DNA from: Podarcis muralis
Lineage: Eukaryota
Assembly (NCBI RefSeq): GCF_964188315.1
Contig: NC_135667.1
Coordinates: forward strand, 25,296,001 to 25,360,000
DNA length: 64,000 bases
Direction: 5' to 3'
A program made the position numbers and the translations under genes. How positions within the stretch are numbered: position 1 is the first letter of the stretch; every line of letters starts with the position of its first letter. The notes beneath the pieces were generated by a model. That model ran no database searches. It saw nothing but the letters and a program-made list of their open reading frames with translations, and was not told where the DNA came from. Below are positions 11,947 to 24,972 of the stretch, piece by piece.

Positions 11947-13629
11947 TGTACGTACTTTGCTCTTTGGTTTTATATTCATTTTTGTATCCTTACTTGTTGC
12001 TTGTAAGCTTCCTTTGAACTAATTTGTTGGAAACACAAGGTATAAATATTCAAAACAAACAAACAAACAAACAAACAGGCAAACATCAGTCTTAAATGAT
12101 ACATAAAAGTTGAGCTACCCTACAAAAGAGATAAAAATAAAACTATGTTTTAGAAATAAGATGTTTATGAGGAGTATGAGTTATACTATTGCAGTGGCTT
12201 TCAAGCTGTGTTCTGGGGAAATGTGGAGTTCCTTGAAAGCCTGTTGTGGTCCCTAAATGAAAAGGTTAATATAATCAAGTTTCTGAAACATAGGTTGGCC
12301 AGCACAGTGACTTTCACCATTAACATGTTCAGCCAGTACCCTATGTGAATAAAGTGTGTGCCCTGAAATACCTCCAAAATCGTCTGTAATGTTCAAGGCA
12401 AATGCACTGACATTCTGCAGCAGAACTATCAATATGGAAACAATTAGACATTATCTATTAGATTCAATGCTTCTTGTAAATGAAGAGGAAAACTAAAGCA
12501 GTTCAAAATTGGGTCAGTGTGGTCAGATGGTGTGCATAAATATGCACATTTCTGAAAGACAGATGAACTTACCAGATATGTCACAAGAAACAGAGCAAAA
12601 TAAGATTTGTCCTGGAAGGAATGTAAAGCAGAGTGAGCAGAGAACAGAAGACCTCCACTCATGTGCCCTTTTGATAAAATAAAACAGATCCTCAATTCTT
12701 CCAAGCACAAATCTGTTGGCTAAATGTACTGTAAGCGTATAATTATCCATTTTATATGAAGGATACATTAATTCCCAAACCAAACAAATATTTATTCTGG
12801 TGGGATGACTATTCCCACCTTGGAGCTCTTTGCAAATAATTACCACTATCAGAACTATTTTTTGTTTCCCATGTTTTTAACAGTGGGAAATGACCTAATG
12901 CAAATACTTGTAAGGCACTGTCATACGAGGTGCATTCCCATGTCAGCCCAACATCACCTTTCTTCACCTTGAATCACAGTCATTTTATTGGTCAGCAATT
13001 TATTTGGAAAGCTGAGACATGTTCTAGCCTAGAATTAGGCAGAGTACCCAGGCACAGATAAAATTGCTAGTACCAGTCTACAAAGCTCAGGACAAATTTA
13101 TCTAAATAATTGCCCCACCCTGTATATACACAGCTGATCAGTGTGCTCTGCAGGAAGGAGCCTCCTGTAGATACATACCATCAGCAAATCCATTCCATAT
13201 GAAATAGAAATTGGGCTTTCAGTGCTGTGGCACCCAGACTTTGCATCTTCCACCTGTTATATATTAGGCAAGTTCCATCTTCATTGCATTTTTGGCACCT
13301 GTTGAAGACCTTCATCTTCCAACAGACCATTCAAATGGATTTTTAAAATCCCAGACTATCTGTATTGACGCAAAAAAATCATATGCATATATTATACATT
13401 TTTATTGTTGAATTTACTCAATATGATTCATGAAAACTGATTCATAAAATTAAATATGTCAACTCAAAACAATATGCCACTGATTATCTGTGGCAGCCTT
13501 CCAGGGCTATTATAACACTGATGGCAAGGGCCAGGAACAAACAAAGGTGGAGTAACCAGCACAACTATCTTTTCACAGTAGCATATTTTCATATGTAAAA
13601 GTCTGAGCTCTCTACTTCTCTCAACTCCC

Positions 13630-14510
13630 TGCTCTTGCGGGGGCCCAATTAGTGCCATTGCCTTCTGTTAAGAGTTTGGGTGTAATCCTTGATGCCTCCC
13701 TTTCCATGGAGGCGCAGGTTACAGCAACAGCCAAGGCGACATTTTTCCACCTTCGCCGCATCAAGCAGTTGGTCCCTTACCTTTCACACCCCGACCTGGC
13801 CACAGTGATCCATGCGACGGTCACCTCCAGGATTGACTACTGTAATTCGCTCTACGCGGGGCTGTCCTTGAAGCTGTCCCAGAAACTCCAGCGGGTGCAG
13901 AATGCTGCAGCGAGGCTCCTCACAGGGTCTCTGCTATGGGAGCATATTCACCCAGTGCTTTTCAAGCTGCACTGGCTACCGGTGTAGTACAGGGTCAGAT
14001 TTAAGGTGCTGCTTTTGACCTTTAAAGCCCTTCACGACCTAGGACCCTCGTACCTACGGGACCGCCTCTCCCGGTATGCCCCACAGAGAGCCTCAAGGTC
14101 CATAAATAGCAACACCCTAGTGGTCCCGAGCCCTAAGGAAGTTAGATTAGCTTCAAACAGAGCCAGGGCCTTTTCAACTCTGGCTCCGGCCTGGTGGAAT
14201 GCTCTGCCTCATGAGACCAGTGCCCTGCAGGATCTGATTTCTTTCTGCAGGGCCTGTAAGACAGAGTTGTTCTGCCTAGCCTTTGGCTTGGAGCCAATTT
14301 GATTCCCTCCCTCTCTTTTTTCTTTTCCTTCTCCTCCTGCGATGAGGCTACATTTTAATATTTTAATGTTTCAATATTTTAATGTTGTATTTTAATTTTG
14401 TTTTTAAGTTGTAATCATTCAACTTGTTTTTATTATTGCTTGTAAGCCACCCTGAGCCCGACCTTGGCTGGGGAGGGCGGGGTATAAATAAAAATTATTA
14501 TTATTATTAC
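13630..14510 (+). mobile_element. 5'-truncated L2-clade LINE (RT C-terminus, 3' UTR, (TAT)n tail)
   Basis: ORFs 13652 and 14006 share one frame, split by a single TAG: SVKSLGVILD...SRIDYCNSLYAG...LQRVQNAAARLL...LHWLPV*...RAFSTLAPAWWNALP. These are L2 RT C-terminal motifs. Confidence 0.93.
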
Positions 14511-15183
14511 CTAAACTCTCAAACATTTCTCCCTCTTCCACCTCTTCTATCCAGGGAAGCAAGAGGTATAATCAGAATTCAATGACTGGCAAGCCCCTTG
14601 TTCTCTGTTATTTGGCTTGTGAGAAGTGGCTGTGCAAATCTGCTTCAGCCATTTTCCTCCCTTCCTTAAATGACCGAACTATTCAGCTCTAAGCAGAGTT
14701 GCTCTCCAAAGGGACCATGGGAGCTGAGGGCACATTCCTGATCTCTGTACTACATCTTCCTTTGGCGGCGGCGGCAGGGGGATTCGCAAACCTCATGGCT
14801 CTGACTTCAAATTGAGCCGCAATACGATTTTATAATATCAGGAGAAAAGTTGTTTGATGACTTTCAGAAGAGCATATGGCAGGGATGACATCATCCAGTT
14901 TCTTCCCCTGCCTTCCAATATATCACATCAAGACTTACATATGGTTCTTCTGAACCAAATACTACATCATAGCCTGGGGAGATACAAGGTAATATTCCCC
15001 CCAACAGATCAATTTAAAGGAAGAAGATAAATATAGATGAGTTTTCCCCACAGACACTTTGCCTCCTATTAATATTTTATGACGAACATTCTGTGTGGGC
15101 GGAAGTTTATTTCAACTTGAGGTGTGATCTTAGGTATAGTGATAGTGGATGCACTTGTGGATTAAATGCTGGGTAAGTGACAA

Positions 15184-15333
15184 CTTTTATATGCCTGTTG
15201 TCTTTGTCCATGGAGTTTTCTTGGCAAGGATACTGGAGTGGCTTGCCGGAGGACAGAGGTGCCTGGCGTGCTCTGGTCCATGGGGTCACGAAGAGTCGGA
15301 CACGACTAAACGACTAAACAACAACAATAACAA
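15184..15333. mobile_element. BovB/RTE mini-insertion with inverted 5' segment and 9-bp TSD
   Basis: 15184-15247 reads on the minus strand ggcaagccactccagtatccttgccaagaaaactccatggacaaagacaacaggcatataaaag (BovB 5'-region-like). 15248-15333 is the forward 3' end with a (CAA)n tail. AAGTGACAA flanks it at 15175-15183 and 15334-15342. Confidence 0.75.
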
Positions 15334-16206
15334 AAGTGACAAGTCATTTCTGGTCTGTGCAGATGGATTTAGTGGTAGGGATGTACAATGTTGTAGCATA
15401 GTGAAAGAATTATAACCTGTTGTATCATTGGTAAAGGGTGGCAGGAGAGGGTCCCTAAGCATTTACCACCTGATCTGACTAACCACATAATGGAAGTTTA
15501 GCTAACTGAAAAGTTGAATTAGCTTCTTAGGCTGCTTCATAATAGATAATTGAAAACAATAAAATTAGGATGCAGTTTGAGCTGAGATCTCAAAAGAATA
15601 TCTAGAAACTAATTCCTTCGAAACTGCAATTAGTTATTATCAAAACCATTTTTTCTTTGCTTTGATGTGCCTCAGATATCTTGCCCAAGTAGCCCTAATT
15701 TTTCCTCTGAAGTTCTGCCTTGGGTGAGATCTTGTCAGTTTGCTTCCCAATACTCATTAAATTTTCTCAATTTATGGAGTGTCTTCAGCAGACATGGTCT
15801 CCTCAAAACATATATTTTAAGTGGCATATGGCACCCATGGAGAGTGTGAATAAATATGCTGATCTCCCCACACCATTTTTACCCGAGGTAGAACTGTTAG
15901 CAATCTTAGTGTGGAGGGCATTCATTTCCTCAGCTTTCCTTCAGTATTTTGCCTTTTCAGAAACTGCCATAATCACTCTACAACAGTTGTTGAAGTTAAG
16001 CTTTGTAGCAAATCTATTACTATAATTTTTTTATAAAGAAAACTTTATAGTCTTGTTACTTAAGATATCAGTTGCGAGATTACATTCAAGCACAATCCCA
16101 GTCCAGATAAATCATAATTGTTTATCTCTTGAGATGTTCATGTTTGTTTCTTTACTAAAAAACCTCTGGTCATTTTTTTAGATGTGCATCCTTCAGATAA
16201 CTTTCA

Positions 16207-17130
16207 ATGGGAAACCAAACTACTGAATACTATTTTTTTCTTCTTGGCCTCTCCAACAACCTTCAGCTCCAGATCTTCTTATTTTTCCTTTTCTTGTTGA
16301 TTTATCTGCTAACTCTGTTGGGGAATGTAATAATCATGCTGCTTGTAAAGACCAGTCCACCTCTTCAGAGTCCTATGTACTTCTTCTTGAGTTACCTCTC
16401 TTTCCTTGATGTGTGTTATTCAACTGTCACTGTCCCAAAGATGTTGGAGATCATCATTGCCAAGCAGAAGACCATCTCTGTTGGTGGATGCTTCACTCAG
16501 GCATTCTTTATTTTGTTCTCGGCTACTGCTGAAGTTTTTATCCTCTCATCAATGGCTTATGACAGATACTGTGCTATATGTAAACCACTGCATTATGTGG
16601 AAATCATGAATGTGGCATTCTGCCAAAAGCTAGTGGCCAGTGCATGGATGATTAGTTTTGTTTATGCACTTGCAAACACATTGCCACTGTTAAGGCTACA
16701 GTTCTGTGGCTCAAATATCATAAATCATTTCAGTTGTGAGCTCCCTTCCATCCTTTCTCTCTCCTGCAATGATACTTTCTTCAATAAAATGCTGTTCTTC
16801 ATTTCTGGGAGCACAGTTGGGCTTGTATCCCTGTTCCTCACTGTGCTGTCTTACATTCATATCATCTCCACCATACTGAGGATAAATTCATCTGAAGGGA
16901 GACGTAAAGCTTTCTCTACCTGCAGCTCCCACCTCACTGTAGTCAGTCTCTTCTATGGAACAGGTTACTTCCGATATCTGAGGCCAAGCTCAGCTTCGTC
17001 AGTAGTTTTGGATGTAATATTGTCCATAGAATACAGCATTCTTACCCCTTTGTTAAATCCCATCATCTACAGCTTGCAGAACAAGGAGGTGAAAGCGGTG
17101 CTTAGGAGGATATTGAGAATGAAATATTGA
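16207..17130 (+). CDS. Olfactory receptor, class II (HFSCELP subgroup; 307 aa)
   Basis: Intact ORF with NQT, LQSPMYFFL, MAYDRYCAICKPLHY, KAFSTCSSHL and PLLNPIIYSL. Confidence 0.97.
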   Translation: MGNQTTEYYFFLLGLSNNLQLQIFLFFLFLLIYLLTLLGNVIIMLLVKTSPPLQSPMYFFLSYLSFLDVCYSTVTVPKMLEIIIAKQKTISVGGCFTQAFFILFSATAEVFILSSMAYDRYCAICKPLHYVEIMNVAFCQKLVASAWMISFVYALANTLPLLRLQFCGSNIINHFSCELPSILSLSCNDTFFNKMLFFISGSTVGLVSLFLTVLSYIHIISTILRINSSEGRRKAFSTCSSHLTVVSLFYGTGYFRYLRPSSASSVVLDVILSIEYSILTPLLNPIIYSLQNKEVKAVLRRILRMKY

Positions 17131-18622
17131 TATTAATTCCCAATTCAAATCAACAGAACAGTGTGAATGAGAAGATCGTGTCCCATTGGTTGTATGACCC
17201 CAATCTTTTATTTCATAAACCAGTTGATTAACATGGTTGTCAATAATTTCCCCTTCCATTACACGTCACAAACATTGCAAATTTTAGATGCACACATGTC
17301 CAATTCTCTTTAGCTTTTATCCATGCATCTGTAAAGCAAATAAGCAATCTCATGGAAAAGGTCCACAAGGTTTGTATTCCAGCAGGTAAAAGTGGAGCCC
17401 ATCAACCAGATTCAGTTTAGTAGGGTCTCCTCATTGGTCTGGCTGATTGGGATTGCAAATATGTCAATGGTAATTATGCATTGCCCAGTACATGTCAGTC
17501 CACACTACATGATTGATGGGTTATATTCAGCTTTACTCAGCTGTGGGGATCTATGACTGCTGATTTTTAAGATGAACAATATTTTATAGAATTTCTTATT
17601 TGAATTGGTTTCAGAGAGAGGGTTTTATTATGTCATAGGCAATTTTCTTTTAATCTGTAAGCATGCCTGCCAACTCATTCACTTGCCAAAATCAGAAGAG
17701 CCTAGCTTTGGCACTCCCGCAGTAACACCATTGCTCCTGCTCTGAAAAATAGTTATGGAACTTCATTCCCTAGTGTCCTCTTTCTACTACATGACTGGTC
17801 AGCAACATATGCCCTTTTGGCACTAAAATGCATGGGAAAATACACAAACAACTATACAAACAACATTCCAACCAAATTCTTAGTGGCTATACGATCAAAA
17901 TGTACATCACCTGACTCTAAGGAAACAATGAGGCATTTCAGATTGGCAAATTAGGCCAAATATCTACAAAACTTTACTGGGCATATTTTAGTCAGCAGTA
18001 CTTTCTCAAAATAGACACAAGAGCTACTTTTGTTATTATTATTTTCTAAATGCTTGGAGCAGCTAGAAAGCACAATGCTTGCAGCACTCATTGAAACGAC
18101 ATCTAAAACTGACCTGGAAGTGTTTTTACATTATGGTGGGTAATCCCTTCTTTGTGCCCACTAAGGAAGCTCCTCTAAATCCTCAAGGGATGTTATTGTT
18201 CATATTTCCCACTGCCACTATTGCAGAGGGTCACGTAATCGGGTGATTTCATTTCTAACTACTGTGTGTGTGAGTGGAAGCCAAGCTGACAAACTTCCGC
18301 TCTTTGTTCTCAGTCCAGCTAAGGGCTGGAGAGGATGTTTGAGAAGGAGCTCACACAAAATGCCATGTTCCTTTTGCTGTAAATAATAAAATACTTGATG
18401 CCACAATTCCTACACAATTTTGCTTTTGCTGACTCTGCTTTATATCGTGCACATGTCTCTTGGATGTGTGTCGATGCTTTCTACGGGACTCCAGCAAGAG
18501 GCACCTCCCACCAATTATATGGGGGGGTATGTTTCGTAATAAAGTGTGATGATTTAAATACATTGTGAATGAACTTGACATTCCAGTTGCTCCAAACAGC
18601 TTAAAATTGGGGTTATTATTAC

Positions 18623-18624
<2 letters not shown>

Positions 18625-18679
<55 letters not shown>
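18625..18679. repeat. (TAT)n microsatellite
   Basis: Uninterrupted TAT/ATT run of ~55 bp. Confidence 0.95.
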
Positions 18680-19008
18680 GAAGGAGAAAGCACAACCTTC
18701 AAACTATCTAGAAAGTTATACACACACAAAAGAGAGACAGGGAGAAACAGTTAAAGAAATGCAGATTTCACAATAGTTATTTCCTAAAAACCGCAAGGTA
18801 GACATGGAGCAGAGTGGGCTTTGCCAGTAGACATATACCAAAATGGACACAAACTCAAGCAGATTCATTCTGCCCATTCCTGACTGAAAGTTGCAGTTGT
18901 TGAAAATATGGAGTAGAATATGTGGCCCTGGTCTGTCTCATTGTAAGGCATCTCTATATCTAAAGGAGTCTATTACACCTTAATGTTCAACTGACTTGTA
19001 AAACCTAT

Positions 19009-19792
19009 TGTCAGAGCTGCCTCAGGTCCCAGCTCACAAAGGACCAACGCCAGTATCTCTTTATATACAAAAGTCTTTATTGAAGTTCATTGTTGGTTTT
19101 ACAGCCGTGGCGCGCAGCCCTACGTCTGTAACTCTAGACCGTCGAAGCTCCGTCTGAGTCTCCTCCCCCCAGACACCAGTTTAAGACCCTAGCCTTGCTC
19201 CACCTCTTCCTCTGCTCCCTTTTCCTCTGGGTCCGCCTGTCCGCCGGGGTTTTCCCCTTTCTGGACTCTTCTGACGCTGACTCTCCCGAGTCTTCCCCCT
19301 CCCTCCGGCGGGCTTTAGGACCTGGTTCCCAATCCGGGCTTTCTGCTGTCCCACGCGCCTGTACATTTGAACTTGGCGCGTGCGCCCAGCGTCCCACCTT
19401 CCTCCTAACGGCTACACTGCTCCTATCACTGCTTCCCCCTTCGGGGGGGCTGGCTGGAACTGACCTCCCCTCCACTCCTCCACTCCCCGACGGAGGCGTG
19501 GTCAGTCCTGACTCACTCTCCCTCCCCGCTGGTCCTGATCTGTGGGCTTCTTCCCCCCCCGCTACGCTCTGGTGGGGAAGTTGGCCCTGATCTCCAGCTG
19601 CCGCTTTGAGCCTCTCTGCTGGCCCCCCTTGCTCTGACCCTGGGCGCCTCCTTCTGGGAATCTTCTGATTCGCTGGAGAGGCTCATGGAATCTCCCGGGT
19701 CACTCTCATACCCTCCTATGCTTCCCTCAGATCCTTCCTCTTCGCTCTCCATCTCCTCTTTCCCCTGTGGCTCTGTCCCTGAGCCCCTGACA
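19009..19792 (-). mobile_element. Solo LTR (Gypsy-like), 784 bp, 5-bp TSD
   Basis: TGTCAG...CTGACA termini; CCTAT at 19004-19008 and 19793-19797; AATAAA on the minus strand near 19076-19081; GC/CpG-rich interior. Confidence 0.9.
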
Positions 19793-20784
19793 CCTATAAT
19801 AAATGTATTGTTTTTTGGAAGGAAGAACTAATACTGTTTCATTTAATGAAAAAGGCGTCCCTGGAGAAAGTCATTTGGCAGGATAAATTTCATGGGATTA
19901 ATTCCAGAAAAATGAGCATGACATCACATCACCATCCTTTCTATACCACCTTGCTCATTTAAAAAATTGTCCAGTGCATAGGCAGAATGGACACTGAACA
20001 ATGCACATTAAAAAAATCAGGCTTTTGTAGAGTTGGCAGTGATTTCAATCATTCCCTTTCAGTGTGCACAGCAGGGACCCTGAAATATTTTTCCTTTCTG
20101 TCACAGATGAAAAAACTTTGACCAGCTAGATGATGTTTGGACTAGAGGTCACATTCAGCCCCAGATGACAGGGCCAAAGGTCATGAACTGAAAACCAGCA
20201 ACCGGTTCCCCAGCCATAATCTAAATGAGCAATATGACAATATGAGTGAGATTATTTTCTTTGGGGATTTCACCAAGATTTGTTTCAAATCGTCATTTTT
20301 TAAAGAAATTGTAAAGTGGATGGAGATCTCTTTGAAATACAGCTCCAGTCAAACCTAAGGGCAGTGGCAGTTGTTGCGCATCTGGATTAGCTACCAGGTA
20401 AGTGGCAATCTCTTTCTGATATTTATGAATAGTTTAATTCAGTGGGTTTTATGTGTTGGGCAATCTTAAATAGACAGTAACCAGTACATGCTATCCATTT
20501 GCAGAATTATTCAATATTTTCCTTAAGATTCCAGTATCTTGCACTTGGAAACACGAAATCACAGTAAATAACTAAGATTCACAAAGAAGCCGAACATATT
20601 TGCTAGTCTTCTGACAACTTTTTAGTACTTTCTAATCCTCCCAAATGTTTCAGCAGTTTAAAAATTCTACAAATTTGCCTCAAAATTTCACCCTTAAAAA
20701 ATGAAAAATGTAGGCTGTTCTAGTATATAAAAACCAAAAAGGACCAGTGTCTCCTATATTGGCTAAAGAGCTAAAAGCCCTTGT

Positions 20785-20875
20785 ATTTCCAGGTCAGGCT
20801 AGACTTATTCTTTTCAGAAATTCTGGAGAGCCATTGCAAGTCTGTGTAGACAGTACTGAGCTAGGTGGACCAATA
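20785..20875 (+). mobile_element. Partial copy of the Squam2-like SINE body
   Basis: attctggagagccattgcaagtctgtgtagacagtactgagctaggtggacc matches the body of the 11754 element. Confidence 0.5.
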
Positions 20876-21808
20876 AAGGACCAGTACCTAACCTAAAATC
20901 ATGATCAACATATCCATAAATCTGAAAATATATCTTTTTCATGTATGCCAGCAGAATTGAGCTGACATTATTGATCTTACCAAGTAATCATGGGTCTCAA
21001 AATTGAGATCGAATAGTTTCCACATTCAGAGCAGAATGATTAAGTTTGATCCATGAGGACAAATCTGGAAATAGAAGGGGGCTCACATGTTCTCAGAGCT
21101 GCTTCCTTTTTTATAATAGGCAGATGTACAACAGGTCGAAGTTTTCCAACCACCAAATGTGTTCTAGGAAATAGTTTTACTTTTTATAGTCTTGCTTTTC
21201 ATGCACAAAAACCTCTCTCCATTTATTTTTTTAAAAAATCCCTCCCTTCCCACATTTAACATTCTGTCTAGAACTTAGAGTTTGGAATTACATGGCCTTG
21301 TGCCCAGTATGGAACTATTGGGTCAGTAGTCTCCCTTTTCCCTGTCAGGTATGTAAAAATGCTATGTGTACACAGTTTGTTTTCCATCCATTCAGGTCAA
21401 ATAAACCTTACCCCCCCCCAACATTAAACATAACATGCATATTGACCTCCACCTTAAAAAAGAAAGAAACAATCTTGAAGTGGTTGCACATGTGTGTGCA
21501 TCCAATTTCCTTTTGTGCAGTGAGTGTGGAACTGCAAATGTGAAATCTCTACACAAACAATTAGCGCTTGAATCAACAGTCTAGTTCTTGGCTGCATCAA
21601 AACAATCATAACTATGTCCAGGTAGAGATACGGTAGATCATATTGAATTCAGCAGAGCTTACTCCCAGGTAAGTAGAGTTAAAAATTCAGAAAATACTTC
21701 CCCTACATTTATACATTTATTAATCATTTTTCAGAGCTTTCTACAAATTGAATAAATTCTATTTCTTTTTTAATTTGTACAGATGTTAAGGCTTTTAAAT
21801 TCATTGAG

Positions 21809-22741
21809 ATGGAAAATCAAACTGCGATTACAGAGTTTATACTCTCAGGACTCTCCAGAGATCCACATCTTCAGGTGTTTCTCTTCTTGGTGTTCCTAAT
21901 ATTTTTTTTGGTAACATTGTTAGGAAATTCTGCAATCATGCTGGTGATCAGAACTGAGTGTAGCCTTCAAACCCCCATGTTCTTCTTTCTTAGTCATTTA
22001 GCTTTTGTTGACATCTGCTATTCATCTGTCACTGTTCCCAAGATGTTGGAAAATATCATAGCAAAGCAGAAAACGATTTCCTGGGAAGGATGCATTGCAC
22101 AGATCTTCTTCTTTTTCCAGGTTGCTTGTGCTGAAGTATTCATCCTCTCAGCAATGGCTTATGACAGATACATTGCTATATGTGATCCACTGCATTATAC
22201 CACAATCATGAAAAAAGAAATCTGCAGACAACTAGTGGGTGGCTCTTGGGCTATGGGTACCTTCTATGCTGTGTTGAATGTTCCACCTTTGGTGAATTTG
22301 CATTTTTGTGGGAACAATATTATTGACCATTACAGCTGTGAGCTTCCTTCAGTCTTGGCCTTGGCTTGTACCCAGACCCTCATAAATTACATTGTTCTTC
22401 TTATCACTGTGTTGGTGTTTGGTCTTGGCTCCTTTCTCCTTACCCTCATCTCTTATGTTTACATTATTTCAACCATCGTGAAGATTCGTTCAGCAGAAAG
22501 CAGGCATAAAGCCTTCTCCACTTGCAGCTCTCACCTCATTGTGGTGGGACTGTTTTACATTGCAGCTTTTTTCCGGTACATGAAGCCAAGTTCAGAATCA
22601 CTCACCTACCTGGACAAATTAGTGTCGGTACAGTACAGTATCTTAACTCCCATGTTAAACCCTCTCATTTACAGTTTGAAGAACAAGGATATAAAAAATG
22701 CTCTGTTGAAGAAGTTTGGAAAGTGTAAGTTTCTTCAATAA
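21809..22741 (+). CDS. Olfactory receptor, class II (HFSCELP subgroup; 310 aa)
   Basis: Intact ORF with MENQT, LQTPMFFFL, MAYDRYIAICDPLHY, KAFSTCSSHL and PMLNPLIYSL. Confidence 0.97.
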   Translation: MENQTAITEFILSGLSRDPHLQVFLFLVFLIFFLVTLLGNSAIMLVIRTECSLQTPMFFFLSHLAFVDICYSSVTVPKMLENIIAKQKTISWEGCIAQIFFFFQVACAEVFILSAMAYDRYIAICDPLHYTTIMKKEICRQLVGGSWAMGTFYAVLNVPPLVNLHFCGNNIIDHYSCELPSVLALACTQTLINYIVLLITVLVFGLGSFLLTLISYVYIISTIVKIRSAESRHKAFSTCSSHLIVVGLFYIAAFFRYMKPSSESLTYLDKLVSVQYSILTPMLNPLIYSLKNKDIKNALLKKFGKCKFLQ

Positions 22742-23053
22742 AATTAGACTCAATTCTAGAAAAGTGTACAGTGTGACAAGCTATCATTTAAAATGGTGTA
22801 CATGTGTATATATCTGCCAAACATCTTAAGGGCTCCCTGTTTTTAAAATGTCATGCTTCCCTTGATACTGGAGTTAGACTAAAAAAGACCCCAAAACAAA
22901 GCTGAGGCATAAGATTAGTTTGAAGAAGACAGAACTGGAATCAATTTGCTTTCATGGGGGAAAGAGACCAAGGGGACATTTAACTAATGGGGAATATGGA
23001 AGGGTTCTTTTTTTCTTAATGGAAATCTGGAGAGAGAAAATGAATGATATGAA

Positions 23054-23530
23054 TTATATAGGAGAAATGGAGTGAAATTTGAGTTCTGTGTTTATGGTTT
23101 GGATCCACTGCCTTGCATTTAGCTTCTGTTCTGGTGGACATCTTCTGCCTTCATCTAGTCCAGCCCTCTGAATCCAGCCAATGGTCATCCAGCCCAATAC
23201 CTCTTGGAAGCTCAGGTAGAAGGTGAGGAAGCTGAACTTTTTCTCCAGCATCCAAGTCATATGCTTAAACTGCCACTGAACGTAAGCATAGGAATGGGGA
23301 ACCTGATTGGTCACTTGGGCTTGCAGTGATGTAAACAACTCTTGAAGGGCCAGAAGATTCCTGTTTATGCATGAGGTTATTAGGAGTGAAGATGTGTTAT
23401 ATGAAAAAGGAGAGTTTATCCATATATTGCTGAAGAAATGTGTTGGAGGCATGCCTAGGTAGGATTGGTGAGATTTGAAGCTAAGAATGGGTGGACTAAT
23501 ATAATCTATATCACTTTCTTGTGTGTTCAT
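23054..23530 (-). mobile_element. Degenerate L1-like ORF2 (RT) remnant
   Basis: Minus-strand reading has a YLG motif followed by NLLALQELFTSLQ...WQFKHMTW..KK, resembling the L1 segment after RT domain 7. Heavily diverged. Confidence 0.4.
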
Positions 23531-24678
23531 TCATAAATCCACACTTCCAGGATTGCTGAATTGATCACACTAATGTATCTGAAGCACCATGACCTTGTCT
23601 CTCCCACTCACCTTCCCAGTACACAGCAGAAACTGATATTCATAGGCTCTGAAGATAGCTAATATTAGCCAATATAGCTAATATTTGTTGTTAGCTTCCA
23701 CAAGTATTTAAAGTGACCTAACTGAGAAGCAATCCCCACATCATATAGCAATGAAACCCCACTAGTTAGTTAAGTATGTATTGCTTGAAGACTACAATTT
23801 TGTGGTATATTGCCACTCAAATTCATAATGTGAACCCTAGTTCTAGTATTAGCATTATCAGCCACTAAAATTATTATTTTTATAAAACAAAATGCAATTT
23901 TGTGCCTGAATGACATATTTGTAACCCAGCTGTCATCAGTCTGTATGGTTATGTGCTTGCTTGTTTGCTTAAATGGTGCTTAATTGGTGAATTGTAAAAG
24001 CAATGAGTATATGGGATCTTCTTTGTTACCTTTTAAGGGAGCTATTCCAATCTTTTTTGTTTGTTTGTTTGTTTTCAAAAGCTGTGCTGAATTTTAATAT
24101 TTTACATTCTTGCTGGACACATCTCTTACAATTAACAGGATGTTCAGGGTTGTTGTTTTTTATTAAAAAATCACTATCGTGTTTTTTTTGTAATTATAGT
24201 TCTATTACTTTTATGTAATATTTGTTTAATGGCTTTTAAAATTATGTGTGTTTTTGTTATGTTATTGTAAACCTGTTTGAAAGTGGGACATGATAGTGAA
24301 CAAATAAATGTGCCTATTCACCAAAACAGTAGTAAAGTGAGATTTAACTTTTGTCATGCTGAAATCAATGTTGGACCAAGACATTTTGCTGTCTGAAATG
24401 GAGTTTAAACGCTCCTCACAAGGATAAATATTTTAAAAACTTTTGCTGCATGATTCAATAAACTCCTGCTTGTAATCTATCTCCCTTTCAGAATTTTCAC
24501 TGATGCCTGTTGCTTCACCCTCCTGAATGGCAGGGTTATCCTTGGATGAAATGTAAACTCTCATTTACGTTTGCCTTAGCTAAATTTCATACAGTTGCAC
24601 TAGGGGTGCTCACACATTATAGTAAACAAGTGTGCAATCAGTGTTCTTGTGTACATGAATAACTGCAGTATCAAAATA

Positions 24679-24919
24679 CAGTGGCACCTCAGTCTACAAA
24701 CAGTCCTGTTAACGAACTATTCGGGCAACAAACTCTGCAAAAGCAGAGGTAGGTGTTCCGACTAGTGAACTTTGCCTCGGAAGCCGAACGGAAGTTGAAC
24801 GGTGGAATGGCACCGGTGGTGGGAGGCCTCAGCAGGGAAAGCGCACCTCAGTTTAAGAATGCTTTGGTTTAAGCATGGACTTCCGGAACAAATTAAGATC
24901 ATAGACCAAGGTACCACTG
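24679..24919. mobile_element. Tc1/mariner-type MITE
   Basis: TA|CAGTGGCACC...GGTACCACTG|TA; ~240 bp. Confidence 0.8.
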
Positions 24920-24972
24920 TATACAGTATGCCAAAATCTGGTCCTTTATCTCATGAACTGTCATGTCAAATT

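Noticed and set aside
21655-21680. Strong donor-like CCCAG|GTAAGT about 140 bp upstream of OR 21809
   Set aside because: Lies in a cttactcccaggtaagt motif I recognise as a common lizard repeat fragment. No supporting exon evidence.
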